Assembly: GCA_964199315.1 (NCBI GenBank)
Contig: OZ116708.1
Coordinates: 26,412,001 to 26,476,000 of the forward strand
From: Orbicella franksi
Lineage: Eukaryota
Direction of reading: 5' to 3'
Length of the DNA stretch: 64,000 nt
In this document: positions 36,731-51,539 of the stretch, in pieces
Layout: the number at the start of each line of letters is the position of its first letter
Position numbering within the stretch: position 1 is the stretch's first letter
Translations under genes and position numbers: made by a program
Notes under the pieces: model-generated
What the model was told of the DNA's origin: nothing
Seen by the model: the letters and a program-made list of their open reading frames with translations, nothing else
The model's database searches: none

Positions 36731-38723
36731 ACCAGTTACGGTAATTATTAGCGACAAACGGCCTGACTGATTCAGTTGACGATTTCCATCTTTTAATTAC
36801 ATTCGGTAAACACCCTCGAAAAATGGAAGAGGGGACAGTATCCTGTGTTCACTGTTTACAAATGCCAACTTCGATAGAGAAATTCTCTGAACCACCGCTG
36901 ACTGGTAAAGAAGTCGTTCCGTCGAAATTCTGTAACAATTTTTGACTACCGGGCAATTAAATCGGTCCGTTAGAAGTCTGACCAAAATAATCACTGGGTA
37001 TGCAGGTCAATAGTTTAGTATTCCCAAGCTCAGAAGATTCGGAATCGCCTGGCATTTCTAAATAAACATAACAGATACTCCCAGGAGGTTTTGAAGAAGT
37101 CTTTCCGTCGAAATCAGTTCTGTAATTTCTGACTGCGAGTAAGAGTCGAGGACATAGCAGAATTAGTAGACATAGTAGAATCCTCTCAAGAGGTTTAAAT
37201 AAGACCTCATAGTGATCTCTACAGAATTTGTAACCGCGCAGCTCGTTTAAGTCGTGTACCTCATGACAATTATTACTGCTTTTCAAGACTAGACTTCTGT
37301 GAGAGTTCACCTCCTTGTGTTTTTTACATTTCTAAACGATGAGACTTTTTAATTTTAATCTTGGAAGTATCCTGGTTTTCGATTGCCAGTCTTAATTTTA
37401 CATGTCAACATTTTTTCCCACCTGACACAGAAGAAATAAAGGGTGGTAACGATTGAACATAGCATTGAATGCCTTGTCAATTTCAATTGACAAAAAGAAC
37501 ACGTATGACAATAATGGACCATATTTTGAGCTTTTGAGCTTTCATTTTTTTACAGACTAAAAGTTATATCATTATAACTGAATTAAGCTGTCAAACCGAG
37601 TAATCTAGAAGTAGACTAGACTCTCCAAAACCTTTGAGTTTTTGATTCTCTGCTCGCTGCTGACATATCATGAACAACCATATATCATAGTTCAGTTTGA
37701 TAAGGGGACACTCCCGCTCCGCGCTAGCAACATGACATGATTCAAAGAAACATAGATTCTCAAAGATAGATTGTAATTTGTGACAATATCACGCATAACT
37801 TCTCAGCATAGTGGTAATAATAATGCAAGAAGGAAAAATTATTTATAAAGGTCAGTGATGAAATCTCTGAACAGATAGCGTCGAGGTGGAATATGTATTT
37901 CTGCAATATGCATAACATGACCTTGTTACTTTGTTACGAGCTACCCACATTTTAAATCTCCTAAGTCTACGATATTTTGAAAAACAGCGGTGTAAAGAGA
38001 AAAATGTTTTCACCATTTTCTTAAATTAACTCAAAACATAATCTAAAAAAATATAACAAAATAATCTAAACCTGGTTTATTATCACATACACCCTCTCAT
38101 TCAGTTCCCAAGAGCAAGAGGAAATTCAAAAGTAATAACATCCCATACACAGGCTTCGGCACCTCTTTGCTGCGAGCAAAGCTTGCAAACTCAACTCTAG
38201 TTGTACCTTGGAGTGTGAAATGCACTCTACACGAAATATTTGGCTACAGCTTATCTTAACCGCCGCTCGATCGAGAAAACGTACAGCAATAACGAATAGG
38301 ACATTTGCCGTACCTCATGACAGTACTTCCTTCCCAGAGTGAATTGGAACAAGACGGCCAACTGATCGAAGTACTCCGAAAATCCATCGTCTTAAACAAG
38401 TGAGAAATGTCTAAAAGGTGATATTTTTGAGTTGTTGAAATTTGTCAAGAATCAACAGCAGTACCACTTACGTACAGCCTGGCTTACAGTAACTGAGCTG
38501 TGAAAGCAGTGAAGTGCTCAGTTTATACCCTCGAAGTAGTATTCGTTCCGATTGGTTATCGGGAATTTACACACCCACGCGTCGAAAGACGTCGACCTCG
38601 CATTCTTTGGATTCGAAGAGATTATAACCTCAAAAAACCTGTCTAAAAACAATGTGCTGATCAAAATGTCAAAAATCAGCGATTTAACCAATCAGATCAT
38701 GATATCTGGTATCATTACTTAGT

Positions 38724-41090
38724 GGCCAATCAGCCGTAGCTGATGAATAAATCACGAAATGAAAGGGAAAGGGGCCGGACAGTTTGCAGGAAGTCAATGT
38801 TTTGAAATAAAAACACTACGTCACGCTTGACACATATGGTCAATAGAAACTAATTGCTTGTATTTGCTCGTTTGCCGGAAACTACAAGCAAGAACGGAAG
38901 AAACGAGAAAATGATGGACTGACGAGCGACAAGACAAAACTGAAGTTTTAGCCATCACTCTCTGGAAGTATAGTTTCTATTTCGGCGTGGAAGCGTGTAC
39001 CGTCCTGGGCTTGTACCGTAGGGAGGATCTAGGAGTGCGTGACGAGCCATTAGGTAACTGCGTGGGCTAAAGCGCGTGTCGATTCAACCAATCACTGAGT
39101 CACATCGTGTTCGGAGAATCCCCCAATTTTTTCAATTCGCTTGCGTTGCACGCCGAATGAAGACAACAATCCCGCTCTTTCCAACTCGGCGCGTTGCTGA
39201 GATGTTTGTGCAAAAACTAAGGAGATTTTAGGCGATGACACGTTTGAAAATGTCCACGATCGGGTGACCCGCAGAAGTGTTTGTTGTTTTGCATTACGCG
39301 ATATCCAGACGAGGATTGATACCTTAAGCTTTGAATTCCATGTTGATAAGAGATCTGCAAGAAATATTTCGTCCCAATCATAGATAGTTGCTACCAACTG
39401 GGACAAAAAGCGGCGCTAGCTGTAGCGCCCCAGTAAACCGTCCAATTTTTTGTCCGATTCACTTATTACAGGGTGTTTCAAAAGTTCGTTCCGATTTAAA
39501 GTTGTTGATTTTTTAAGCAAATCAATTAGTTGTTAGAACTTTTTCAATAAATTGAGGCAGAGAATTTAACAATAAGCAGTCCTTACAGTAGCGGCCCAGG
39601 TATATCGTTCAATTCATTGTCCGATTTATGTGTTACATAGCCAACTACCCCAGATCATATGCATGTGCAATGCATGTGCTATATATACGCATCAAAAGAT
39701 GGGTCGGCAACAATGCTACCTCTAATCAAATGCACGTAAAAATACACTTGTTGTTCTCCAGCTCCAGCGGATTCCTTGCTTACGTTTTAATTCGCTTCGC
39801 TCAACCGAACGTTAATTATTTAACCCTTCAATTCCGATAAACAATCAAGCAAACAACCAGTCACAAGTTGTGCATAATTAGAAAAACCGAGCACATGCGA
39901 CAGTAGGATATGTGAGCATAACTAAGCGGAATTTTTTTTTTTTTTTAATCTCCCTCCCTCAAGGGAAACAATAATTGGTTTTGACAATTGGGTAGTTCGA
40001 GTGATCGGGGCTTAAAGTACAGTGTTCGACAGAGGAGAGTGAAATGACTTTTAGTTCGAATTATCGAGAGGTTCGAAAAATCGGGATTCAACTGCATTCC
40101 TTCTATAAAGAACAACCCAACTGGCCGGAATTGCCTTAACTTTATTCGAAAAAAACTGCAAAGCTTTGACGATCTAGGGAAAGCGCTGTCTTGTTGGTTT
40201 ACATAACAAACACAATCTGTACATTCTATCCGTACACTTACATCCGCGGCTCGGAAGCTTCGTTGACTTCGTAGCTGCCCGATCAAAATTCAAAGACTTG
40301 TAATAAACCCGAAATCTTTTTAGGTATTTAAGTCATCGAACTATCCAATAAATTAAATTTTCCTCAGGGCATCGAAAAGCAATCCCGACAAAATCAGTTG
40401 GCACATTGTTACCAATTCCTACTAGTCTCCGTCACATGGTCTTTATTCCTACCTGTTTTCTAGTAGTTCTCTTGGTCGCTCGTCAAGTCTCTCCGGACTG
40501 CAGGGCACAACAGAAATAAAAGTTCTCACAGAAGTCATGATGATTTATCAGTTGGTGGATAATTTTAAATATTTTTCGATAAATCAGACTTTCACAGTGA
40601 GAATTCACGACAACGACACAGGCGAAGACGACCACGACTGGACTCGGTCAAAACAGTTACGATGTGTTTTTTTCATCAGACGTGGCTTGGTCTGCTAATA
40701 TTTATTTCTTACTTGAAATGATTCAAAGGCTTACTGTATTTTGCAGTATGCGGATTCACATACATTGAACCATTAAAACAAGAGCCAAGAAGAAACAAAC
40801 AGTAGGATGAACTACAAGCGATGCAAAGATCTTTGAACTTGGTGTTTCAAAATATATGGAAATGCTTAATCGATGCTCTCATCCCTCGATTTAGAACAAT
40901 AATAAAATTTTTGTTTTGCATTTGATATTAGTATAGGTAATAGCATGATCTGTAGTGGTATTTGGCAATATCCGTTTGTACCGCGAGTGAAACGGATGCG
41001 TTTCAGATAAAAGGAAAATGCGCAATCGCACCTACCTACCAGCCTGGTTATAACCAGTCTGGTTATTGTTATTGTCAATATTGTCACTCT
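38724..41090. repeat. Recent ~2.4-2.6 kb segmental duplicate of 46152-48770
   Basis: Near-identical sequence from 'gccaatc.gccgtagctgatgaataaatcacg' to 'attgtcaatattgtcactc'; near-identical ORF-track translations (39628 vs 47206; 39945 vs 47526). Confidence 0.95.
40453..40538 (-). CDS. Short first exon copy B2
   Basis: 86 nt, MTSVRTFISVVPCSPERLDERPRELLENR, donor AG|GTAGGA. Confidence 0.65.
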
Positions 41091-42646
41091 TCCACGCCTT
41101 TCAGTGACTGACAGAATTGAATTTCCAGCCCATTGAATCCTAACCGGTACCTTGTGTTTAGACAAGCGACAGGCATTAGGGAAAGCGAGGATAACATTTT
41201 TATTGACTTCAACTGAACTGACAAACTCTCATTAAATGTGTAAGAATATAGCGCACTCTTTCTGTAGGTTAGTAAGATTTCACATTGTATTTTAAGGCTT
41301 GTTTCCATATTATCCACCAATGGTAACACTAGTAATCCCTGATAAGTTGCCGTACACGCTGTTGCACTACAGAGTATCACGAGTCTCTAGTAACTCAGGT
41401 TTGTAAATTGCACTGATAGCTAGAAGACCCCATCTTCAAGCAATTCACAAACGACCCTGTGGTTGCTTTCTTAAATGACAAGTTATTAAGTGTAGTTCTA
41501 CTGCACACTGTTTCTGTAGGTTAGTAAGATCTCACGTTGTATTGTGTCTTCCAGCTATTAATAAACGACCTGTGGTTTTGCTCGTGTCAAGTTATTTAAT
41601 GTAGTCTACTGAAGTCGAACTAATGCTTTTAAACAAAAGCGAGCAACAAGCTGAATGGGTCTAATTTGTGTCAATAGCCTTCCTACTCATTCTCTATGTT
41701 CCAGTTGAAGCTGTAATTTTTGCATGCCGGGAAGACATTAAGCAGTTCATCTCGTTTCTACGCTGTAATTTACAGTAACAAGTATTGAGCAACATGGCGA
41801 GCGCGGACCAATTACAGACCACATATGTGACGCTGCATAAATGCTACTTTTCACCCTTCACTAGGTTTCGGAGGATGTAGCGTAACGACTTCTTGTGTAC
41901 CTAACAATACACGGAACAAGTTAGCCTTCAATAATGTTGTTCATTTGAGCTACAAGACACAAGAGGTAAGACTGATATTTTTAAGTAACAGAATAAAATG
42001 TGAACTGAAATGAATTGTTATACAAAAGTTTCCAATCGAGCCATACAGGCAAACGGAAAAGGTCACACAAAAAAAGAATTGCCACGCAACCTTCACTGAG
42101 TGACAGGCGTTTTCGCGCGAATGAAAAAAAAACACCCCCTGACATGCTAGTGAAAGTAGAACGAAAGCGTGTTCCACGTCTTACTCGGGGCGTTTAATCA
42201 GATGAGTTTTGAATCTGTTCCTTACTGTAGAGACAAGCCAACCGAATTACCTAATCACTATTTTAAAAAAGACTGCAAAGTACTGAAGATGTAGGAGAAA
42301 CGCTGCCTCGCTGGTTTACGTATCAGACCAAATCCTAGACTACCAGTCGTCGGCGGTTGTCGTTCCTGAAATCACCCGGCCGGAACTCTGTTAATATTAT
42401 GCAAATTACGGAAACGCTCTAGAAACCTAACTTCTCGCAGGCTAGGAAAAGAAAGAGACTGCTGGCAGTCTAACCAATTCCGTACATTGTGAGGCCACCA
42501 TGCCCCGTTCCAGATCAAAATTCGAAGGCTCGTGATAAATACAAATTCCTTTCAAGTCATGTTAATTATCGAGCTACATAATTAAATATCCTCAGAGCAG
42601 TTATGAACACCATAATCTAAAAAACTCAGTTGGCAAATTGTCCTAC

Positions 42647-42744
42647 CTGCTTCGTAATACTTCTCTGTCTCTTGGTCGCTCGTCAAGTCCTTCGGAGCTA
42701 GCGCTACAGGGCCCAACAGAAATGAAACTGCCCACTGAAGTCAT
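42647..42744 (-). CDS. Short first exon copy B3 (two in-frame insertions)
   Basis: 98 nt, MTSVGSFISVGPCSASSEGLDERPRDREVLRSR, donor AG|GTAGGA. Confidence 0.65.
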
Positions 42745-43049
42745 GATACTTAATCAGTTGGCGAAAAATGTAAACTTAAGATTTTTACGAACCTTAAAAT
42801 GTTGTTCGACAAACCAGACTTCAACACTGAGATTTGTTACGACGACTGAGCAGAAGACCACGACGACTGAGTGCAGCTTGATCAGAAATAAACTTTTAAT
42901 AATATAACTATCAATGACGTCACCTATTGTTATTACTGCGCAAACCAGAGGACTATTGGCTGGTGAAACGTTATCTATCATCATTTGTCCTGTCAACAGG
43001 AATAATATGCTGGCGTACTGCCAGGCGTGACCTGAACTGAACTGTTGAA

Positions 43050-43520
43050 TAAAAATTAAATAAAACAGTCATTAAGAAGCTTACGCCTGAGTAGCCGCTT
43101 GAAACTGAAACGCTTGAAACATCCGTCACGGATGGACAAAGTTTAAGTTCAGGCTGCAACTCATTCCACAGAGAAGTCGCTCTATATTGAGTCCTTTGAC
43201 CGCTAGCAGTGCGGAAGAGTGATATGTTCAAAAGTTGAGGGTTCCTGGTAGTCCTTGTCGAGACGGCGGATCTTCTGACGAGCTTAGATGTCAAACACTC
43301 TGGAGCACATCCCATCATGCACTTAAAAACCAGAACAGCAAAACGGAAATAAAGTTGTTGCCTGACTGGTAGCCAGCGCACGTCTTTTAGCAAAGGAGTT
43401 ATGTGATCGAATTTTTTAGCGTCGCACAAAATGCGACAAGCGAAATTCTGAACTGCTCGGAGCTTGTCCAAATTAGCTTGAGTAGTATTGCTCCAAACAG
43501 AAGAGCAATAGAATAATTTC
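43050..43520 (-). mobile_element. L2-clade LINE 3' fragment
   Basis: LFYCSSVWSN..LDKL..VQNFACRI..KFDHITPLL..WLPV..FRTASGQR..LWNEL, then FKRLLRRKLL in another frame. Confidence 0.88.
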
Positions 43521-46151
43521 TCCTTGAAGTAGCATCGTCTCTTCCCGACCGTCCTCATAGAAATACTGTAGGAAAATACTGTAGGAAATCCGAGCGAAGA
43601 TTCCCAGCCCGGAAAGTCAACAAGTCGACGTATCATGGGATAAAATGGTTAATCATACCAATTATTGACTGGAAAAAGCGGAAATTACCAACAGCAAAGC
43701 TTGCTTGCACAACAATGGTCCCTTGCAAAACATAAACAAGAGATCAACAGTCATCGGAAGCGTCAGGATCCGAGTAATAACTGTCATAACTGGAAAGTGC
43801 AGACGGCTGCAGACTCCTTTTTACCGATTACCGCGATCGAAAATTTATGAAAACTGCAAACCGCTTAGTGTTATTAAACCGCAATACCGCGGGTTAAAAT
43901 AAAGATTTCCGCAAAACCGCATCAAAAATAACGCAAAACCGCATCACCGCAAACCCTTACGCCCCCCTCTCCACGGAACGGTTTTGATCTGATCTGAACT
44001 TTATTTATTATTAATTAATTAAGTCGAATTCTGAAAAAAATATGAGTAACAAAGTTAAGATTCTTGACAAACGATTGCAAGACGTATTTACTTTTCGCAG
44101 CTTAAAACTATCGCTGTGGCTAAATGACCGGCAGCCTTTCAAGGTCTTAAAATCACTAAATGACCGGCAGTCTGATATTTTTCTCAAATTTTAAGGAATC
44201 TAAGGAACCCATCCAATTCAAACTATCAAATGTCGATTAAGAACTGCCAAGCGATCCAAAAGAGTTGTATAGATCGCAAGTCTAACGCTTGGTTTACGCT
44301 CGGCTCAGAGAGCGTGATCATGGTTTGTGACACTTACGATTTTTTTAGATCGACTGCCGGTCACGGTTTTCAAATCACTAAATGACCGGCAGTCTGATAT
44401 TTTTCTCAAATTTAAGGAAGCAAACTCTACATAGATTCCCACTTTCATACTTGCACTTATCGCTACAGCCATTCCTGGTAGTCAAGGGGCGTACTGGGGG
44501 TGTGCTGGAGGTGTGAACCAATCAATGCCTTTCATCTCTGTTGCACGACCAACATCTACAGAAATACCTTTTCTCGGACTCGGACTGTGCAGTTTAAATT
44601 GGTATTAAAACCTCGATGATCACATCTTTTTTTCCTCAGTATTTCCGCAGTTCATATCATTTATTCTATGCAACATGGCAAGCGCATGAACCAACACAGC
44701 CTGGTTTATGACGGCCTTCGCGCCACAATGTTTATTTTCTTGAACATAAACCGATTTTAATCAAGATGATGTGAAAAAATATATGTAAAGTGTAAAGCGA
44801 ATAAACAAATTTACTTTTACATCATATTAAAGACCTGCAGGATAATATACACTGCATACACAGGCTGCGGCAACTCAATCGTGCAAGCTCTAAAGATCTC
44901 AAACTTGGCATCATTATCATAGTGGAAAGCGTTTCGGCTTATTTTTGCTGACGCTCAAAAAATCCTTAATGTAACTTCAAATAGAACATTCGTACCTTAT
45001 GGCATAACTTCTTTCCAAGAGTGGATCGTAGGAAGAAAGCCAACTGTTAAGGCTGCTGCGAAAATTCATCTCCTTGAACAGGTCGCATCGATAAAACACT
45101 GTGCAGTGGAAACAGGAAGCGCTAAATTTATCCTACAAGCAGGGTTCCGATTGGTCGACACAATTTTCACGCAAGCGAAAAAGAACACTTTGGTCCAAAG
45201 TCCATGTCCATTCATTATTCCAACGCCGGTTTTCTAATTACGTAACACAAGATAATATATGGTCTTTCATATATTCACTTGTACAAGATAATATACTTGA
45301 CAAGAGACCAGTTTCGTACGTGTTGCATCCATAGTTTTCAATCCACAAAAAACGCGATGCAAGTGTACGTGTGTATCGAGACACTGTGCGTGAGGACTGC
45401 ATCTCCTGCTTTGCGGAATTAAACAACTTACAGCTTGTGTTGTGTTGAGATGTTTCAATGCAACTAAGGAGCTCGTGATCAGTGCAACGACTCGCCAGTT
45501 GGCGAAAAAAAATATCTGTCCGTCAGTTATATGAAATCTTAAGACTTAGAAGTTCTATTTTCAGCATTCTCCACGTAAGATTTCGTGAAAAAAATCAATC
45601 TCGATTACGTGTAAAACGAAAGGTATTTCTAGAACCGAATTGAGTTTTGTTAACCTGATACACATATCTCGGCATTACTATACTACAGATATATTCGTGT
45701 GTAAAAGATCTCTTCAGTTGTATTTTCTTTAGAAATTCTTTATCAGTCCATCGTAAATTTCCATGTTAAGATTGTTCGGGTGACAAATTATGAGTACTTA
45801 ATTACCTAGTTGCAACGGTAATCTAATCATAGTAAAGTTAACACTAACACTCCGGAAAGTTAAAAACTGCCCCTATTGCCCCTGCGCTAGCTACGGCCCT
45901 GCATTACGTATATAGACTTCAGCTTTATACAAGAAAGAGAATGAAATGTGTTCGGGAGACGTTGTTTAATTAAGAATAAACGCTTGACCATTGTGTGCGG
46001 AAGACATTGTTTACGTTTCGGAAGACTAATAATTTCGAGATACATATCGTGAGAATTTTGTAGTTAGCATAATCATTCATCGACTTGTGTAAATCTAGCG
46101 AACAGTGTGAATAGGATGTCTATAGGCTCCCACGTTAGTTCGAACTCGCCA

Positions 46152-48770
46152 GGCCAATCGGCCGTAGCTGATGAATAAATCACGAAATGGAAGGGAAAGG
46201 GGCCGGACAGTTTGCAGGAAGATAATGTTTTGAAATTAAAAACACTACGTCATGCTTGACATATATGGTCAATAAAAAGACTACTTGCTTGTATTTGCTC
46301 GTTTGCCGCAAACGAGCAGATACCACCGGAAACTACAAAATTTAACGCATCAAGCAAGAACGGAAGAAGCGAGAATATGATGGACTGACGAGCGACAAGA
46401 CAAAACAAATGACAAGAGGACTCTCAGTCAAGTCTAAAACAGCACAAAGTTAATAACTGAAGTAAAACGTTTCCCTATTTATGTAAAACCGTTTGGTGTG
46501 AGTATCTTAGTCGTCACTAAAGTTTTAACCATCACTCTCTGAAAGTAAAGTTTTTATTTCGGCGTGGAAGCGTGTATCCGTCCTGGGCTTGTACCATGAG
46601 GAGGATCTAGGAGTGCGTGACGAGCCATTAGGTAACTGCGCGGGCTAAAGCATGTGTCGATTCAACCAATCACCGAGTCACATCGTGTTCGGGGAATCCC
46701 CCAATTTTTTCAATTCGCTTGCGTTGCACGCCGAATGAAGACAACAACCCCGCTCTTCCCTACTCGGCGCGTTGCTGAGATGTTTGTGCAAAAACTAAGG
46801 AGATTTTAGACGATGACACGTTTGAAAATGTCCACGATCGGCAGACCCGCCGAAGTGTTTGTTGTTTTGCATTACGTGATATCCAAACGAGGTTTGATAC
46901 CTTAAGCTTTGAATCCCATGTTGATAAGAGGTCTGCAAGAAATCTTTCGTCCCAATCATAGATAGTTGCTACCAACTGGAACAAAAAGCGGCGCTAGCAG
47001 TAGCGGCCCAGTAAACCGTCCAATTTTTTGTCCGATTCACTTATTACAGGGTGTTTCAAAAGTTCGTTCCGATTTAAAGTTGTTGATTTTTTAAACAAAT
47101 TAATTGTTTGTTAGAACTTTTTCAATAAATTGAGGCAGAGAATTTAACAATAAGCAGTCCTTACAGTAGCGGCCCAGGTATATCGTTCAATTCATTGTCC
47201 GATTTATGTGTTACATAGCCAACTACCCCAGATCATATGCATGTGCAATGCATGTGCTATATATACGTATCAAAAGATGGGTCGGCAACAATGCTACCTC
47301 TAATCAAATGCACGTAAAAATACACTTGTTGTTCTCCAGCTCCAGCGGATTCCTTGCTTACGTTTTAATTCGCTTCGCTCAACCGAACGTTAATTATTTA
47401 ACCCTTCAATTCCGATAAACAATCAAGCAAACAACCAGTCACAAGTTGTGCATAATTAGAAAAACCGAGCACATGCGACAGTAGGATATTTGAGCATAAC
47501 TAAGCGGAATTTTTTTTTTTTTTTTTTAATCTCCCTCCCCCAAGGGAAACAATAATTGGTTTTGACAATTGGGCAGTTCGAGTGATCGGAGCTTAAAGTA
47601 CAGTGTTCGACTGAGGAGAGTGAAATGACTTTTAGTTCGAATTATCAAGAGGTTCGAAAAATCGGGATTCAACTGCATTCCTTCTATAAAGAACAACCCA
47701 ACTGGCCGGAATTGCCTTAACCTTATTCGAAAAAAACTGCAAAGTTTTGACGATCTAGGGAAAGCGCTGTCTTGTTGGTTTACATAACAAACACAATCTG
47801 TACATTCTATCCGTACAGTTATATCCGCGGCTCGGAATCTTCGTTGGCTTCGTAGCTGCCCGATCAAAATTCAAAGACTTGTAATAAATCCGAAATGCTT
47901 TTAGGTAGTTAAGTCATCGAACTATCCAATAAACTGAATTTTCCTCAGGGCATCGAAAAGCAATGCCGACAAAATCAGTTGGCACATTGTTACCAATTCC
48001 TACTAGTCTCTGTCACATGGTCTTTCTTCCTACCTGTTTTCCGGTAGTTCTCTTGGTCGATCGTCAAGTCTCTCCGGACTGCAGGACACAACAGAAATTT
48101 AAACTTCTCACAGAAGTCATGATGATAGTATCAGTTGGGGGATAATTCTAAAATATTTTTCAATAAATCAGACTTTTACATTGAGAATTTACGACGACTA
48201 CACAGGCGAAGACGACCGCGACCGGACTCGGTCAAAACAGTTACGATGTGTTGCAGATAAGGATGCGTTTCAAATAAAAGGAAAACGCGCAATCGCACCT
48301 ATTGTAGTTGACAATAATACGCACATCAGTCTATCACATCCTGTTTCGACTACCTATTATTATTCATCAGACGAGGCTTGGTCTGCTAATATTTATTTCT
48401 TACTTGAAATCATTCACAGGCTTACTGTATTTTGCAGTATACTGATTCACATACATTGAACCATTAAAACAAGAGCCAAGAAGAAACAAACGGTAGGATA
48501 AACCACAAGCGACGCAAAGATCTTTGTGCTTGGTGTTTCAAAATATATGCAAATGCTTAATCGATGCTCTCATCCCTCGATTTAGAACAATAATAACATT
48601 TTTGTTTTGCCATTTGATATTATTATAGGTAGTAGCAAGACCTGTAGTGGTATTTGTCAAAAGCCGTTTGTACCGCGAATGAAACGAATGCGTTTTAAAT
48701 AAAAGGAAAACGCGCAATCGCACATATATACGCACATCAGCCTGGTTATTGTCATTGTCAATATTGTCAC
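46152..48770. repeat. Second copy of the ~2.5 kb segmental duplication
   Basis: See 38724-41090. Contains a local re-duplication of 'ggatgcgtttcaaataaaaggaaaacgcgcaatcgcac' at ~48260. Confidence 0.95.
48034..48120 (-). pseudogene. Short first exon copy B4, +1 frameshift
   Basis: 87 nt instead of 86; reads MTSVRSLNFCCVLQSGET*; donor AG|GTAGGA retained. Confidence 0.65.
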
Positions 48771-49838
48771 TCCCTCTCTTATATGCCACTTTCTATGAGT
48801 TGCTCAACAACTTGCGCGCAAGGAAAAGTGTAAAATTACCAGAAACTAGACCTTAAACAATGCTTGCCTCATCAAATTGAGGAGGATCGTCCATTTAATT
48901 CGAACACAAACGGTTCAGTCATTTCAGAGTGGACATGTCGTTAGAAACCTCCTGTAATTAGCACGCAAAAAAAGTACACTTCGTAAAGTTAACACATAAC
49001 ACTCCAGAAAGTTAAAAACTGCCCCCCTTACCCCTGCGCTAGTTACGGCTCTGCATTACGTATATAAATTTTAGCTTTATACAAGGAACAGAATGAAGTG
49101 TGCTCGGAAGACACTGTTTGAGAATAAACGCTTGGCCATTGTGTGCGGAAGACAAGTTTACGTTTTGGAAGACTAATAATTTCGTGAGACATTTCGTAAG
49201 AATCGTGTATTTAGCATAATTATTCATCGACTTGTGTGAATCTAGCGAACAGTGTGAACAGTGTCGAGTTGTATCCGAGTCGTAAGCTAGTATTCGAGCT
49301 GTATGTCTGAATAAGAGTATTCGAAAGTTACTTTTACTTTTGATTGCGGTTTCTGTCCGACCAAAACTTGATGAATTGAAGTGAATTGTTTGAGCATAAT
49401 CGATGTCAAATGGAATGGAACGGTCATGCAGATATAAGTCACTTCACTGATGCACAAATGAACCGCAATCAGTCCCCATTCATGTTTCTGATTGGCTGAC
49501 AAAACAAGTTTCCCCATGCGAGACTGTAAACTTCCTGTCTTGGATTTGACTATCACCTATACCTGCGAGTACGCTCACCTTTGAGTCACACGCTCCAACG
49601 TGAGCCTGCTGGCAGGCTTACTAACACCCGAAACCAACAACGGCGGCGCCACCACCACGTTTCGTGGGAGGTTAAAGTCGATATGGAAGGCTCAGAAAAA
49701 TACGAATTCTTGGTTTTTAGTTATCGAAAAAAGAGTTATATTTTACTAAAAAAATTTAACATCTCAATCAAAAATCTAACAACGCTGCAATCCACAAAAT
49801 TGAGGTAGCTAATTGACGTTAGTGCTGCCAATTCCTAC

Positions 49839-49924
49839 CTGTTTTCCAACAGTTCTCTTGGCCGCTCACCGAGTCCTTCGGAATTGCGGGGTCCAGCAGA
49901 ATCACAACTCCCCACAGAAATCAT
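49839..49924 (-). CDS. Short first exon copy B5
   Basis: 86 nt, MISVGSCDSAGPRNSEGLGERPRELLENR, donor AG|GTAGGA. Confidence 0.65.
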
Positions 49925-51539
49925 GACGCTCGATTGAAAAAAAAAATTCAACTTAAGATTTCCACGAACCTAGCGACAGTCGACTACGATGACGCAGCCG
50001 AAGACAACAACGGCACAACTGCAACGATCTAACGTGGTGAAGGGACTTATTTTATCTTTTCAGTCACGTGCGACACAGCAGCCATTGTTCACTTGCACTA
50101 GACCGTTTAGTGAAATATGTCCACCAGAGAAATATTGGCTAGTGAAACAAAGACTACTTTTGTTTAACGCTTTGACTAAACCATGTTTGTAAACAAATAC
50201 CTTATTTTTATTCATATGACGTTTTAAAAGTTAAAATTTGTATTGATTGATATTGACCGAAATGTATTTTTAGAAAGCGAACCGAAAGCACCAAATTGTT
50301 TCGAGGCATTCCAGCAACTGTCGCAATCGGTTTCCAGTTATTTGCTCCTTTAGAAATCCTCAACTTGAAGAGCTTTTTTCGACCAAAACTGGGAGTCCGA
50401 ATTTATCCCAAAAAAGCCTTTACTTCTTCATGGAATTATGACAGCACCTCTTCATAAAGCATGTCTGATAGCCGTGACCATTGGTAATATGAAAATAGGT
50501 AGTAGGTATAATGGTAATATTGTGCATGGCTAGAGACGCTGAGCTGCCAGGTTTTTTGTACAGAACTAACTTATACGGGTTGTCTCTATCTACTCTGAAT
50601 AGTTCCTTTCGAAAAACCTTGGAATTGTAAGTTCGAAAGCAGAAATGTCATACGCTATAACCTAAGAATATTCACAAGAACATTCTCAGCCTCAAAAATC
50701 GGCAGAAAAATAAGATTATTCAACCTCGGCCTCAAAAACAAAAATCAATCAAATCAATCAGTCAATCAATTTTTTTTTTATTGTGCACTTCATTCAGAAT
50801 TTTAAAATTTACATCAGTGTTATAAAATAAAGATTAGAAAAAAAATAAATGTCGCATATGGCTATGAAGAAAATAAAAAACTATGTGCGTGGTAACCAGA
50901 GTAGCCATTGGATTTCGAGCTGTTACCATCACCAGCATCCGGACCGCCACATCGGGCGAAATCCGTGGAGTTGATCTATTTTCGTGAACGAATTTGCGGT
51001 AATCGTCAATCTTTCGCCCTTTTTACCCCTCCATAGAAAACTAATCAACGCAAGCTTATCTCTATTCACCTTAAAATGGCAAGGAAAGTCTCTGTAAGTA
51101 AATTCAATCGAGTTTTTTGAAGTTGTGAGAGTTTGTTTGGCTGTTTGTAGCTCGGCGCTGTAATGGCACGTAATCTTGTATGTCTCTATCTGTACAAATT
51201 TAAGTGAAAAATGAGTCAATTTCAGTCGAGTTTACCTCTCTCATCATTACTGTATTTGAGAGAATTTCTGTGCAATACACTTAACGAATTTTTGCATTTT
51301 GTGAAAGAAAATAAAGGTACTAAGAAAGTTAACAAATACACTATCGGTTGAACTGTGTGTAGGAAAACTTCGCCATATTTGCGCAAAGGAAAAAACACCA
51401 GAAGAGTAACTATAATCAGTAAATGTTACCAAAATCAATTATTAAAGATTTTGTTAATCTTTGACCATCTTTCTTTTGTTATTTCACCATTATATTTTAA
51501 TTTGACCATTTTATTTTAATTACACAAATTGATATAAAT

